From NCBI GenBank assembly GCA_013265495.1, contig MU062035.1, positions 2,976,001 through 3,040,000 on the forward strand: DNA of 64,000 bases, read 5' to 3'. Below, one piece after another: positions 39,561 to 53,390 of this stretch; position 1 is the stretch's first letter, and the number at the start of each line of letters is the position of its first letter. This DNA is from Vicugna vicugna. Its lineage: Eukaryota. Under the pieces are notes generated by a model, which searched no databases, was not told where the DNA came from, and was given only the letters and a program-made list of their open reading frames with translations. The position numbers and the translations under genes are program-made.

Positions 39561-39929
39561 ATGAAACCAAGCCAGGTGGGGAGTCCATGAGCTGGTGCAC
39601 TCAGGACACGCCGATGCTCCCATTCCCGGTACGCCGTCTGCGCCTTGTCATTCTCAGGCAGCAGCTCCAGCCTAGATGGCACCCGAATCCACTGTACAGC
39701 CTCAGGCACTGGCTGCAAATGGACCACTGAGAGTCCAGTTCTTCTTAATCCCAGTTCTGTCCAGAGCCGGCTGTGTGGCCCCTTTCCCACTAGTGTGTTG
39801 CTGGAACTAAGTCCCCGCATAGGAAGGCTTACAGGATAATGGGATTTGGTAGAAAACAGGCTTGACTTCACTCCTAACCAAGAGGTTAATCCATGGATCA
39901 AAAGCATTTCAGTAATTTCTTCCCAGCAG

Positions 39930-40075
39930 TTATCCTAACTGAAATTTTTGTATTGGTTTCTTTTCTGTCTCTCTCACTGGAACATAAATTGGACCAGGGC
40001 AAGGACTTCAGTCCTGTTGGTGGCTGTACCCTGTACCCAGAGCAGTGCGTGATACAGCAGGTGGTTGGCACATTA
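39930..40075 (+). mobile_element. L2 3' end fragment
   Basis: tgtctctctcactggaacataaatt...agggcaaggact...cccagagcagtgcgtgatacagcaggt. Confidence 0.6.
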
Positions 40076-41764
40076 GGGAGGGAGCGGTTTCACAATAGGG
40101 AGCCTCCCAAATGCCAATCAGCTTTATCTTTAAATTAACAAACTGGTGTGCAGCAAGGATCTTCATCGAAAGTTTGTGGTCAAGAACTAAACTTTGATGG
40201 ACACTAATGACGATTTCACTGTGGTTCCAACCAGGCAACCCCAAATATGAACCGTGATGTGGTGGAAGAACACCAGAGCTGGAGTTTTAGTGAAAGTCCT
40301 GGCAGCTGTGTTACTACGTGAGCTCCAGGGGCACAACCCTAATGCTGGACTGGGGACTGAGACCCGGGCTCGGGCCACTGCTCGACTGTTCACTAGCCAC
40401 ATGGGCGTGGGCTTGGCCTGAGGTGGTTCGTCTGTCAAACAGTCGGTGAGCTCCATCAGAGACAGACTGCTGCTGGGCTGTGGTAAGAGTCTTATTGCTT
40501 CAGGGAAAATAAGCCAGGTAAAGAAAGGCTATAATTGAAATGACATTAAGTCCTCCATATGTTTGAACGTATTCATCCTTTGAGAATGCTTTTTTTTTTC
40601 TCCAGTGTTAAGATGTCTATAATTTTATGAAATGGCAAGTTTTGTTTTTGTTTAAAAGGTTCACAACCCAATGACTTACTCCTCTTCTGTTTTAAATATT
40701 TCTGGCCTGTGAAATCAAAAAATGTGGCAGCCACTTTTCTAGAAACTGGGATCCAGCGATCCCTGCCTGTCCAAGTGGATCAGGGTTATTTTCAAGGTCA
40801 GCATAAAGGACCAGGAGGGACTCCACTCCTCCCACTTTGTAACTCATGTCTTTCAAAGCAGACAAAGCAGATGAGGGCAACAGTGCAAAGGGTCGATGGG
40901 TGGTACAACCTGTCATCAACAGCCACCCTTGTTGCCTGCCTGCCCGCCCAACCTCCTCTCCTACTGTTCTGGTCACAGGCCCCTCATTCCATACAGCTTG
41001 AGCCAGGCTGAGCTCCACTCTGCCATCACCATCACCATCACCGATGAGAGGGCCTATGCAGGGAAAAGTTCTCTCTGGGGGGATATGTGGCCCACCTTCT
41101 TTCTGCCAGGGAAGCTGGGTTTGGGGGAGGGTCCTGGGCTGCAGCAGGCACTGAGTCTCTGAGCACAGCAGTGCCACGGTGATAGCACCTGAGCGCCCAG
41201 AAGCAGCTGCCCTTGAAGATCTGTGCCTGGACTTCTCTAAATCTATGGCCAGGTACTAACCAACCTCAGGCAAACACAATTCTAAACTGTAACTCCCTAA
41301 ACTACGGCCATGCACAGAAAAACACAGAGAGCTCCTGAACAAGGAGTGCCCCGCCCTACCGTGAAAAGCACCTGGCACGTGACGTGGCGGATGATTCTTC
41401 ACCCAATCACGTGCCATTTTCACTTTTTGGATAAACTCTCAAGTGGGGCCACATCTTCGTATTCCACTTCCCTCCATCAGTCCTGTGTCTTTGTTCAACG
41501 ATAAAATGCTCTGTGGGAATGATCGTGCTGTCGTCATGAGGAAGGAGAAGTGAGGACTACACGGTGTGCCCACCGACCTGCGCCAGAGCAGCCACCCGAG
41601 GGTGCGGTGGTCATGATCTGGCACCACCCAATTCGTCGTACCCCACCCCACCCCGCCCTCCACTTCTGCCTAAACCCTCTCAAACCGCGACACTGCCCCA
41701 CACACTGCTTCTGGGACGTGTAGGTTTGCACATGCGTTCTTCCCACTCAACAATCCTCCTCACT

Positions 41765-41897
41765 TAGGGTTGCTGGGTAAAATAATGCATCGGCCAGTTA
41801 AATTTTTATTTCAGATATATAATGAATATGACTTTGCTACAAGTGTGTCTCCAGTGTTACACAGGACATATATTTTTTTGCTAAATCTGGCAACCTA
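41765..41897. mobile_element. MER53-like palindromic hAT MITE, internally deleted
   Basis: TIRs TAGGGTTGC (41765-41773) and GGCAACCTA (41889-41897); ccagttaaatttttatttcagata and tttttttgctaaatctggcaacc. Confidence 0.8.
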
Positions 41898-43014
41898 CCC
41901 TCATACTCTTTAAATCCTACCATCCTTCAGGGTCCAGCCCAAACTCCAACTTCTCTGGAATTCCTGCAGGAACACTGATGTCACCTGAACCCCAAATGCT
42001 TTGGGGATGGCTGTCCTAACACTGCCATTGGCCCTCATTTTACTTCTTCCTCGATACTTAACATTCTTTATCGAGCGCTTGACTCTGCCGACAGAGGCAG
42101 GTCCTCTGGCCTCAGCCCAGCAGCACACGCACTGTGGTGGTGCTCCAGCATGTCTGCTGGCTTTCGTGGAAGTGGGTATTAATCCTGTGATCTGAGGTCA
42201 CAGTATAGACCCAGAATAAAGGCAGTTTATCTCTGTAATCTAGTCAATTAGTTAATGACTCTCTCCCTACACTCATCCCAACCCTACCCCCACCTCCCAG
42301 CCATGTCAAGTGCTCAGAACAGTGGAAGGAATCACATTAACTCTCATGGATCATGAGTCTGCACAGCAATTTAAATGAAAGGACAGGTCCAAACAAGGCC
42401 GGGAGTTCACTTCAGGGTGCGAGTGTCATTGGCTCGGCCAACGCCGGCGAGAACACGCGGTTGGTGCCGCCCGCCCAAGGGCCGGGTGGTTTCTGTCCAA
42501 ACTGCCCATCTGAACTGCTTAACAGCCTTCGTAAGGAATGTTCAGATAACACCAAAAGGTGTCAGACCGATCCAAGCTGTTGGGGGGATTTAAACCTAAT
42601 TCTAAGTGACTTGGAATAATAAACAACGCCGCACTGGCCAACACAGCGTTCCCACCGCCGTTCTGGTGGTGAAGTTCAGGGCTCCATCGTCTCTCACTGC
42701 CACGACCTCCTCTGTGGCCACATCCCTTAAACCACCATGCTCTTCACCACTGGTACCCCCATCTGGCTCATGGGTGCCCACAGGGCCACAGGAAAGATGG
42801 GACAAAAGGGGAATAAAATGAACTAGGGCCAGGGGAGGGAAAAAACCCAGAAGGTAGAAGGCAGGAGGGAAGCTACCATGCCATGAGCCTCAGGTGACAG
42901 CTTACTAAGTGCCTAAAGAGGAGGAGGATGAAGAGCGGCAGCTGGCGCACCAGGTGCTGTCCTGTAAACTCCACCTCCATCGTCTCCTTCCAGCTTCCAA
43001 GCATACAGACACAG

Positions 43015-43090
43015 TGCCCATCCCTATTTTAAAGAAGGGGAAACAGGGCCTTAGAGAAGTAACTGGCCCCAAGTCACTCAGCTACTAGGC
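43015..43090 (-). mobile_element. MIR core fragment
   Basis: ccctattttaaagaaggggaaacagggccttagagaagtaactggccccaagtcactcagctact. Confidence 0.7.
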
Positions 43091-44099
43091 AATGTCTAAG
43101 AAAAGACATGTGAGATATAGTAAATCTGGGTTAAAAAAAACACATCCACTCTCGCTATTGCCCAAAACTGAATACTCTTCTACTATCTGACCCAACAGCT
43201 GATCACATGAAAAGAGATACAAATCAGAAGTTTCCGGCCACAAGTGAGGTTTGTGTTTGGGCCGCCATATGGTTCTAGTTTGCCTCTTCCCCTTCTCCAT
43301 TAGTTATTAATGTTGAAAAAAATTGTTCAACCAGAAAAAGAAACTTGAGATGAACCCTTAAAAAAAAGCACAAAAGCCAGACCAGTTCAACTCCATGGAT
43401 AATCTAATCCACGGCGCCCTCGTCTTTAAGAAGTGCGCCCTTGTATCTCGGTTCTTAAAAAAATGGCCAAATGAACACATTCCGCCTTTTGATCTGCCCG
43501 CTGGCTGAGAGAGAAGAATCGAAAACAGACCCCGTTCGCTGGGTTGCACACACAGATGAGTAATGTTGCTGAAATCGTGGCTGGGCAGAGTCCTGGCCGG
43601 CACCCCTCCCCGCAGACAGCAAGCATCAGGATACCAGAGCTCCCTCCCGGTGGCCAGCAGAGGTCTCTGCTTACAATCTATTCCTTTTCTTTTTCCCAAG
43701 GCCCCAGACTTTCCCCCTTTTTCCCTAATAAGAATAAAAAAGAAAACAGGGAGAGTATTTTTAGTGACACACACGCTAGTGTCAGAAACACAACCTACAG
43801 TGTGGAGTTTTGGAAAACACCAACCTCAAAGTCAAACACAAGTTCAAATCCTTGGTCTGCCACTTCCTGGCTGAGTGTAACCTTCCTAAATCTCAGAACT
43901 GGGGGCTACACCACCTGTCTCAATAGATACCGACTGCCCACGCCAGACACGTGCTAGGCGCCACAGATTCAGTGGCAGACAAGATAGCATGTTCCAGCCA
44001 CTGGAAACAGACAGGGCGCAGGGAGCCACCCCGAGAGTGGCCAGGGCTGTGAAGCAACCCTGACGGAGATGGAATGGGGGACTGAAGGGATTCAGTGGT

Positions 44100-44340
44100 C
44101 TGAGGTGAGCGGGCAGAGATGACATGTGAGGAAGGAGGAGAGACACTGGACTGTGAGGGAAGAGCCCACATGAAGGCTCTGCAGCAGGAGGCCCCAGGTG
44201 AGTGTAAGGGAGAGAAGCATCTGTGGGCTACAGTGGGACCAGGTGGGGCTGGAGAGGTGGACAGGGGCCAGTGGAGGTTGGAGTGGGACCTTAGCTAGGT
44301 GGCACAGTCGGTCACTCTGAATGTGATGGCAATCCCTGGC
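44100..44340 (-). mobile_element. L2 fragment
   Basis: Purine-rich antisense L2 signature ggggctggagaggtggacaggggccag...ctgaatgtgatggcaatcc. Confidence 0.6.
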
Positions 44341-47100
44341 ACATTGCTTTTCATAAAAACTTTTAAAGCGTCCCTCCCACCTCATCCCCAGCCTCCCAGG
44401 TGTCCAGGACTCGAGGACCAGTCCATGGAAGTGGGCCCAGGCAGCCTCCAGAGCCTACAGGAGATGAGAGACCCCAGCCCCACCCCGCTGCTCAGGGCAG
44501 AGGAAATACAAGTCCTCCCCACAACTGCCTGGCGGCAGCTTTGTCACAAGGACCTCAGTTTGTTGCCACCAGAAATGCTTTGGGCTCTGGAAGCACAGTC
44601 TCCATGTGAACTGATCTAACGCCTCTCTGAGTGCTCGCACTGGGGAACCTCCAAAACAGTAAATTCACTCGGATGGTTGACCTGAGTGAGCGGAGGGGGA
44701 GCCCAGGGCCCCACTCACCTCCAGGAACACTTGCTCACTCCCGGGAGGCCTCAAGGCATGTCACTTCAGGATCCAAATGTTATCAAGCACCTCCCTGGAG
44801 GCAGGGCTCCCTGGCGATGACCCTCCCTCCCTACCGTGTGGACGAGGAAACCCAAGTGCAGGGAAGCTGCTCATTCAGTCCACGAGGGGTGGAGCAGAAC
44901 TGGAATCTAAGTTCCAGGCTCTGACCCAGCAATTCCAAAGCACAGGCCCCACCAGGCCGACAAGGGGAGGGGCTCTCGCTCCCAACCCCTCCTCCAGCTG
45001 GGCTCTGAGGAGTGGGGGTTAAGAAGGGAAGAGAACTGGGGGGACTCTAGGTCTGTACTCCCCTACTCCTGCACTGCAAAAAAGGACCCCACGCCACCAC
45101 CCAGCACAGCCTGAACCCAGGGGTGCCAGCCCTCCTCCAGTTTCAGATCTGGCCTCTCTTCTAATTAACCTATCATTCCACTCTGAGAACAATATTCCTT
45201 AAGTACAAGTACAGACTGTACTTGAGGACTGTAAATTTTAAGATTTGCTTTTAAGGAGCTCATCATTAAATGTACATGTCAAGTATAAGAAGCAATCTCT
45301 CCATTTCAGGAACATCAAAACATGAGCGAACTGTGCCCTTCAGATCCAGGACGCGGGTCTGGGCACCAGAGCCAGCAGACGAGGACTTGCTCATGAAAGG
45401 CACATGCTGTCGGCCGGGGTCACGGCACTGAGGGGCTAACACACATGAAGCTGCCAGTGGGGCCAAGGTTAGGAAATTGTTTCTAATCGACACATTTTAT
45501 TTTCCTTAGAAATCAATTTTTCAGGTACCACTGACAACAAAAGGCTTTCTCAAGAAACAATAAGCCCTCCTCCCTTCCTTTTCTCAGGCAGGTGCCCCAA
45601 ACCACCCCAGAGATAAGTAAGAAACAAAGCACACGTCCTGGACTGGGTTTTGGCCATTCACACTCCAAAGCTTTGCCCTCTGGAAGCTCACGGCCTGGAA
45701 TAAGAGGCCAGAAAGGTTTTCTAAAAGAAGGGTCAGAACAAAGAGAAGACAAATTGAAAGGAGAAATTAAAATCACTGTATGTGAGTCACCCAGGGGCAC
45801 ACACAAGGCCCCTGTTGTCCACGTGTAACCTTACGCTTCCCAGAAGGGGACAAACCAGGCACTTGGAGTCTAATTAAATTAACCATTCCCTGGCCAGGAG
45901 CAAACTCATCACGAGTGTCTGCAGAGAGAAGCCAGGGTCTTTCTAAGTTACCCACTCCTCTTCATTCAGGACTGGTCCCCGAGGGACAGGGCACAACACA
46001 CAAGTACCTTCAAGAAGCCAGAGGCAGAAAACTCGCTGGGTCTAAGTTACCTGCACTGGGTCCCGAGAGCTGCACATGGCCACCTAGCTGGAATCAGAAG
46101 TTGCCGCACATTGGGCAGATAACTTCCTCGGCCTGGAGAGCAGCAGACAGGAAGGCTCACCAACCCAGCCTCAGTCCCAGCCTCCCACCGCACTCCCACG
46201 GCTCCCACGAGGCCCTCACCTGCCGCTCCACCCAACACCCTGGACAGGCTCTCCACCAGGATCGTCTGTCCTTCTCCCAGGGCTACCCAGAGACCCCCAG
46301 TTATCCTTCAAGGCCCTCTTCTACGTATTCCCAAGGCTTCCTTAGCGGAGGCAACAACCCTCATTCATGAGCCCCCGGGCTATGCTCCTGCACACTGTAC
46401 AAGACTCAGTCCCGGGCCTCACAGACTCAGGACGGGTGTCCTTCCTCAGGCCAGGGATGAGATGTCTGGACTGCCTCGGGCCTAGCCTAATGCTGGCAGG
46501 GCTTCCTAAATGTCGGTGAGGCCATGGTGGATTGTGGAAAAGGAGGGCCACTCAGGTTGAGTCCTAATCTTCTGAAGCCCACATCTCCCTCAGTGGAAGC
46601 TCCCCTGATGTCCTTCAGTGCCCCAGAGACCGACTGGGGGCCGGCTGGGCGGGCGGGGTGGGAGTACGATGACCAGGGGCTCTGCATCCCGGCGACCCAG
46701 GGCTCCCCAGGTCGGATGGAGATTCAAGCTCCTGCACCCTCTTTGGGCTGTGGACCACCATCCTGCTAGGGCCAGCTGGGCTGGCCTTGCCCCTCACGCT
46801 CCACGCAGGCACCTCCCTGAAGCTGGTCCTACAGCCTTCCCCGTGCGAGGAAGGCAACCGCGGACAGAGAGCTGAGATCTCTTCCTAGATGGCCTGTGGT
46901 CCCGCTTCCTCAGTCTATGTGGTTAAAGCAATAAATACTGCAGTCTCATAAACCACCTCAAATTTTTTTGGGAAAAGGACCAGGTATAAATATATAAGAA
47001 CAAATTGTATATAAAGCGGTCTTTTTGTAAAGACACTGTAATTTCATGGGCAGAACAGAGGGTCTTCACTCTCTATTTTAGTATTATAAAAGTGATGGTT

Positions 47101-47460
47101 CTAATGACAGCAAACATGTTTGTAAGTGCTTGCGATGCACGAGACACTCTTTTTTTTAATTTGTTTTGTCTAAACATTTATTGAAGTATAATGTATGTAT
47201 CACAATTGGACAACTTCCTGAATTTTCACAATGTGACATGCCCGTTTTGCCAGCAGACTCTCTCCTGAGCATGCAACACACATCCTCACTTTATCATCAT
47301 GGCAACCCGGTACCAAGCAGTGGTACTACTGTTATCCTAACTTATGCCAAGGTATGTTTATTTACAGATGAGGACACTGAGGCACAGGTAGGTTAAGTAA
47401 CTTGGCTAAGGTCACAAAGTTAGAAGGTGGCAGAGCCAGAATTCAAGGAAACCCATCAAT
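47101..47460 (-). mobile_element. MIR interrupted by a nested L1 3' end (about 47148-47250, minus strand)
   Basis: MIR 3' part (aacatgtttgtaagtgcttgc...gacact), then T-run+ttattgaagtataatg (L1), then MIR resumes with tttacagatgaggacactgaggcacaggtaggttaagtaacttggctaaggtcac. Confidence 0.8.
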
Positions 47461-48672
47461 CCCACCCCAGAGTCAGAGCCCTCAACCAGCCTGCCGGTGC
47501 CACCTCTAGCATGTTGCTTGGCAGGTAACCCAGGAACAAAAATACTTCAGCCGTAAGAATCATCAACTGAATGGCGGCAGAGGGAAGCAAAAGCAGGCTT
47601 CGCATGATGAGGTCAGTGTGAGCTTCTCTCCTACAGACCAGGGAAGCAGGAAGGTCTAATCCCAAGGGAACAGAAAACTCAGTCCGTTTCCTCATCTCTG
47701 GGAGCACAGGCCTGGCCTCAGGATCTATAAAACATGTGTATAAAACCGCCACGTTTAAACCTCCCTTAAAGTCATGGATGGGCTACACCATGGAGCATGT
47801 GAAGGAAGATTCTGACAGGGACTCTCTGACGAGGGCACATGCCACCTGAACAAGAAGCGGCCACCAGCCAGGGTAATGCCAGTGCCGCTGGCCTGGGAGG
47901 GTCCTTGGGACTGGTGTTCCTCCACGTGTCACAGTGGAGGGGACACTCCAGGGAAATTATGGGTGTTTGGCTGAGCGGTAAAGGGACAAGCTGTGGCGGA
48001 ACAAGGAATAAAAGCCAGGGGACAGCTCAGGAAGTATTTCTAATTTGAAACCCCACCAAACACCCTGAAGCACAAAAAGGTTTCCCCAGGTTCCAAGGTG
48101 AGGAAGATGTGCAGGGTCAGGACGAGTAGGTGGAGCACAGCCTGCTGAGGCCTTAACGATAAGCGGGCTGATGCCACGCTGGGTCCACCTCACCCAGGGC
48201 TCCTGCGAGCCACCCAGGAGGCCAACGACCCCATGAAACAGAAGCAGAGGCTCAGAGCTACACAACCGCTGAGTCATATGCCAGAGCCCTGGCTCTTTCC
48301 ACCACACATTCGCTCCAAACTCTCAAGACCACAAACTTCTAAATTCCGACAGTCCAACGGTCTACCAAGATTCCAGTGATACTGCTGGTTCAAGTGGAAT
48401 TGTTTGTGCTGTGTCTGTCTGTCTGTAAGGGTGGAGGGGCCAACACTGATGTGCCACGTTACGTGAGGCATACCCAGAACAAGTCGGTGGCTTTTTTTTC
48501 TCCCTTAGTACAAAAATCATCTTGGCTGGCCTCAATGTTTCACACTGGATTCCTTCCATTGGATGAGTGTCTCATCAAGGTTTTGTTTTAATTTCACTGA
48601 GTCACCCAGAGAAAATGACCACGCACAGACTAAGGAAAATCTGTAATTCTTCATACTGGAGAAGCAGTCAGC

Positions 48673-48682
48673 CCTATTTAGG
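48673..48682. promoter_or_regulatory. Consensus CArG box CCTATTTAGG (candidate SRF site; function unproven)
   Basis: Exact CC(A/T)6GG; AP-1 TGAGTCA at 48270-48276 and 48598-48604. Confidence 0.3.
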
Positions 48683-49039
48683 AGCAACGAATGTGTCCCC
48701 TTCGTTTGCTGCGTCTTCCAGGATCAAGAGCTCCTCTGTTTCTCCACTGTGGCTCATTAGGAAGTAAAAGGCACAAGTGGAGTCCCAGCATGCTCTGTGC
48801 TATGGACATGGAAGTACTGGGTGCTATGGAAATGAGGAGGGTCACCCAGAGCATCTCCGGAGGTGAGAAGGGGCAGGGGAGGCCAGGGAAGTTGTCTTGA
48901 GGAGCTAACACCTGAGCTCAGTTATAAAAATTGAAGCAAGTGTGGCAGAATCGGTCACAAAGAAGCCGGCAGGACTGAGGCGTGGGAGTGCAGTGTGGAA
49001 CTCTGAACACTGATGGCCACACCACCCTGCGAAGATGCT

Positions 49040-49143
49040 AAAAAAAAAAAAAAAAAAAAGAAAGAAACACTGTACATCTTAAAAGGGTGAATTTTACGGT
49101 ATATGAATTACATCTCCAGAAAGCTGTTGTTTAAAAAAAAAAA
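49040..49143 (+). mobile_element. A20 tract followed by an old L1 3' end
   Basis: A-run 49040-49059; cttaaaagggtgaattttacggtatatgaattacatctccagaaagctgtt+A-run. Confidence 0.75.
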
Positions 49144-51042
49144 GTGAATTGAGAGGCTACTGCAGGCAGAGAGCACAGGTAGATCCAGGGAACTATAAAT
49201 TCAATGCAAATACAAAAAAATTAACTAGGGTTTCCAGCAAATAAGACTATGTTATGTGACCTAAGTTTTGGTTAGTAAAACATGACCCTGGGCATCAGGA
49301 ACCAAGGGCAGTGTTATCTTTCTCCTCACGCAGTTACGTCTATCTGGCTACTGATCCTTACAACCCAGAGCTTTCCCACATCAGAATAAATTGATGCAGC
49401 ACACAGGAGGGGTGCGTCACCAGGCTGGAAGCCAGACATGGGTCTACAGTGAAGCACGGCTAGATCACCAGACGAGCGGCAGCTGCCCTGGTCCTCAGTC
49501 TCCTCATCTCCACCCGAACAAGATGGGTTTTACAGTCCTCCAAGGCAGAGAAGAGGTACTTGCTGGGGTGTTAGTGTAGACGTAGGGGCTCAGGATGGTG
49601 AGAGTAAGAGAGCAAGTCTGGCCCACCTCTGTCTTGTTTCATTCAAGTTTTATGTAATTTAGTTTGAAAAGAGGGCTCCACTGATCTTAAAAATGTCTGA
49701 AAACCACTAGACTGGATGACCAGTATGGTTCATTGCAGTTTTAAGATCCTACAAAGTTTCACAGTGCAAGACTTAGTCTTATCTACTTATTATCTCTACA
49801 ACCACCCACAATACGGCTTTACGAGCTCAGCAAAAGTTTGTGACATTCCTCCTAAAACACCTGAGCAAGGAGCTGTGAGATCCCCGGGTCTGCCTCTGAG
49901 GTGCGCACGCACAAATGATGCAGGGAACACGGGAAAGGCTTGTGACTGCGTGGGCTTCTCCCCTGATCGAGTCCCAGTGTAAAATTCTTAGGAAACTTCT
50001 CTATTTGTAGAACCCAAATCACCCCCTCTTCTCTCTTCCAGGAGTGAGGTCCTTCCCCCAGGAGCCCCTGCCCCTGTTCTGTTCACTAAAGGGAAGCCCA
50101 GTTTCTCCTCCTCCCCATGGCAGAGATCTTTATCAATGCTACCGTTCGCTTTGCTGATCAGAGACTTGAGTCGCTGGAGTTAGCGCAGCACTCGCTCCTA
50201 AAGGGGTTGGTGATGGACACTCATCAGAAAACACAGGCTCCTGCCGGGCGGCCTCAACCCCGACCCCACAGGCCACGCAGCTGCTCCACACCTGCCCAGT
50301 TACTGGATGACTTCAAAGGTCGGGGGAAGCGGGCTGAGTGTGCCACACTCTTCTCAAGGGTTTTAAATCTATCTCCCAAAGCAGATTTGGTCAGGGGGAT
50401 GACCCGGGCACTCGTCCTCCAGGGCCAGTGCCCGCCGGCCCGCACTGGGCTTCCTGACAGCCCTCGGAAAGGAAATGCTTCCTGCCTCTTCTGGTCCTGG
50501 GGAGGTGGACTCTCTCTCCAACTCACCTGCACGTCTCACATCTCTCACCAGCCAGAGGGCAGGACCTAACTTAGAGAGATACTCCTCAGACCTCTTTACG
50601 GAAACTCTCCAAGCATTTCATAAAACTCTTCCGAGGCCCCCCAGCGACAGAATGCCATACAGTTTCTGAAAAGCAGGACCTAGACAGACCTCCTTCTAGA
50701 GAATTATATTAGGGCAAGGCCAAGGAACGGGTCTTTGTGCATTTCCGATGAATTATGCTTCCTGCTCCGGCTGACAAGAACCAGGCATCTTCTCCACCAA
50801 GGGAGAGCTGTGCCTCCTGCTGACACACCCTGATCCTCGCCTAGGTCAGATTCCTTCCAGAGTACTTCCCTGACATCGCAGTACTGCTCCCCTCATATAG
50901 ACGCGCTGGAGGACCAAGCTCATTTGTTCATTCTGCCCAGAGTGAAACCAACATGACACTCTAGTCTGTCATCCACTTACTTGGAAGCTCCAACAGCACA
51001 GACACAAGAAGCATGCACAGCCATCTCCAAGACCACAGTGAG

Positions 51043-51084
51043 AGACAGACAGACAGACAGACACACACACACACGCACACACAC
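51043..51084. repeat. Compound (CAGA)n(CA)n microsatellite
   Basis: agacagacagacagacagacacacacacacacgcacacacac. Confidence 0.95.
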
Positions 51085-52689
51085 GGTTAACAACATCAAA
51101 ACCCAAAGAACATTTGTGCACGTAATTCCAGAGAGACTTAAATTTCTAGTACAAAGGCAGAATAAAAGCCAAAAAGAAAAAACCTCCCCCCCACCGGAAG
51201 TGGGAGCTTTCAAGGAGACTTGCTGAGTGGCAAACATTTTGGAAAGATGGAATTTTAAACACAAACACAAAAGGGCAGAGATTTGAGGCAGAAGAGCTAT
51301 GCACGCAGCTGGGAGGCCCTTTAATTGGGGAAAGATTTGCAAAGCCTGTGGAGCATCGGCAAATCTCCCCGTGGTCTCAGGAATGGAAAGAATGTGGAAA
51401 GCAATGGGGTAATCAGCAAGTTCGAATTTGCTTGACACTCTCGTGGAGGGGTGTGGTCCCATCCCTGGCCACCTTTCAGTGGTCCTGGTGATCCCTCAAA
51501 GCAAGAGAAGAGGACCACTGGGCCTGGGAGAAGACAGGGTAGATTTTCTCATTCCTAAGGGTGCTTCGCACCAACACCATGCAGGAAAGCTCTTCTGTCA
51601 GTGGGTTTTAAGACAGAAATACAATTCAAGGGAAAAACTAAACACCCCCTCAGACCGAGGGACCGTACTTTCCACTTACATGTATTATACAGCACCCTCA
51701 CAAGTATTTCCAATGGACTAAAAGACCCTGCACATGGGCAGATGATCTGTTATAAAACAGAAAAATGGTTACCTCTGCTCCATCCACCGGGAATGCTTGG
51801 ACTCCCCGGGGTGCGAGCAGAAGCAATGGTTTTCCCCCAAACAGCCATGCCGTTCCTCTTCTTTTTGGGACATGGTGACAGTCAACACTGGAGCACAGGT
51901 ATTTAACTCTACTCTGGAGAATACCCCGCGCCCCCAGCAGTTATGAGAAGAGCTACCAAACCTTAAGTTACAAGGGTAGCAAGGATCAGGAACAAAGGCA
52001 CAGACCCTGCAACCCTCACCTCCACCAAAATCTAAGAGTTCAGGAAAAATGAAGTCAAGAGTTTACTTCAGGTTCCCTCAGGGGCAGCAGCTGTTACCAA
52101 GCAAAACAGAGAAGGAGGCGCCCTGACTTGGCGGAGCATCTGACTGATAGGATTCAGTGAGTCCAGGGTGTCCATGAGATCGGACAAGATGAAGGTAGGT
52201 GGCACTGGCAGTTCCATCAAGCATGTGGTCTCAGCAGAGCTGGCAAGGTCACTGCTTCCCAGGAAAGGGCTGATGTGGGCTTTTCTAGAGGCTGATGGGC
52301 AGGTGGAATAATATAGTATAAAGGCATATTTTGCAGCTCTAATCTTAAACTTGCAGACAGTCAACTGATCTCTGTCCCCGCCCTTATCCACCTAGAAGTC
52401 AGAGTAGCAGTCAGCAGCTGATCCTCAGCGAAACTGGAGTGTGTGCCATCACCTGCTTTTGTGCAAGGGACCCACGAGGCCTGAGCCAGTGCCCAAAGCT
52501 CACCAAGCACTGGTCCCCAGGCTGTAATCGGGGTGGGGACACACTGCCCCTGCTCCCTCTCTGCCTGGCTGGCCCGCTTCCTCTCACTCTGTGACGCATG
52601 TCTCAGGCCTCAGCTACTCCAAGGTTCCCCTGAGACCACCCACGAAGGGTGGGTCTGGTGCCCCTCGGTGGTGCTCCCACAGAACTCTG

Positions 52690-53390
52690 TGGTCCTCTCC
52701 ACCGGAATCCTTGTAGTATATCCACCTGGGCATCTGTCTCCCCAATGACTATGAGCTCATTAAAGACACAAATCTTCTTTCACTCAGCAGGGTCCTGAGC
52801 AAGCCTTCCCTGGATGTCCATGACCTGCCTCGCGCTGGGGATACAAAACAGAAAAGACTCCTGCCCTCAGAGGGCTTGGTGGGCAGTGAGAGTCATATCA
52901 TCAAGCAATTTCACCTGAGAGTGAAGGCAAGTGCCGTGGCTGGGGTGATGCAGTGGGAGAGGGCTGGGGAGAGAGGCCCGAGCAGAGGTCTGATGGAGAA
53001 GCAAAGTGGGGATGGTGCAGACATGTAGGCCCCCTAAAGCGGACGGCATGGCATGTACAACAAGACAGGGCTCGGGGCCTCGGGGAGACCCCACAGCAGG
53101 TCAGTATGACTCGGGGAGAGGGGTTCTAGGGGAGGCAGGCAGGGTGGACAGGGCCAGATCAAGAGCTCCCAAACCCAGGCTGTTGTCTGGGCCCCATTCT
53201 GATGACAGTGTGGAGTCACAAGGGGCAGTGGAGGGTCGCCATCAGCACTGCATGTGGAAAGGTTACTCTGGCTGCAGGGAAGGAGACGCAGCGGGTGGGG
53301 GACCACAGACGGGGGCGCCAGAGGCTGGTGGAGCCATCCAGCGACCCAGGGTGGGGAAGCAGCAAAATGTTCAGTGAACTGCTCTAGAAT
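52690..53390. mobile_element. Cluster of L2 fragments in both orientations
   Basis: ctccccaatgactatgagctc (+, ~52740); gggatacaaaacagaaaagactcctgccctcagaggg (-, ~52837); catgtggaaaggttactctggctgcag (-, ~53251). Confidence 0.6.

Noticed and set aside
45196-45227. Hairpin CAAGTACAG-a-CTGTACTTG with an alternative outer pairing
   Set aside because: A 9-bp stem is within chance for 64 kb, a 1-nt loop is sterically implausible, and no RNA family signature is present.
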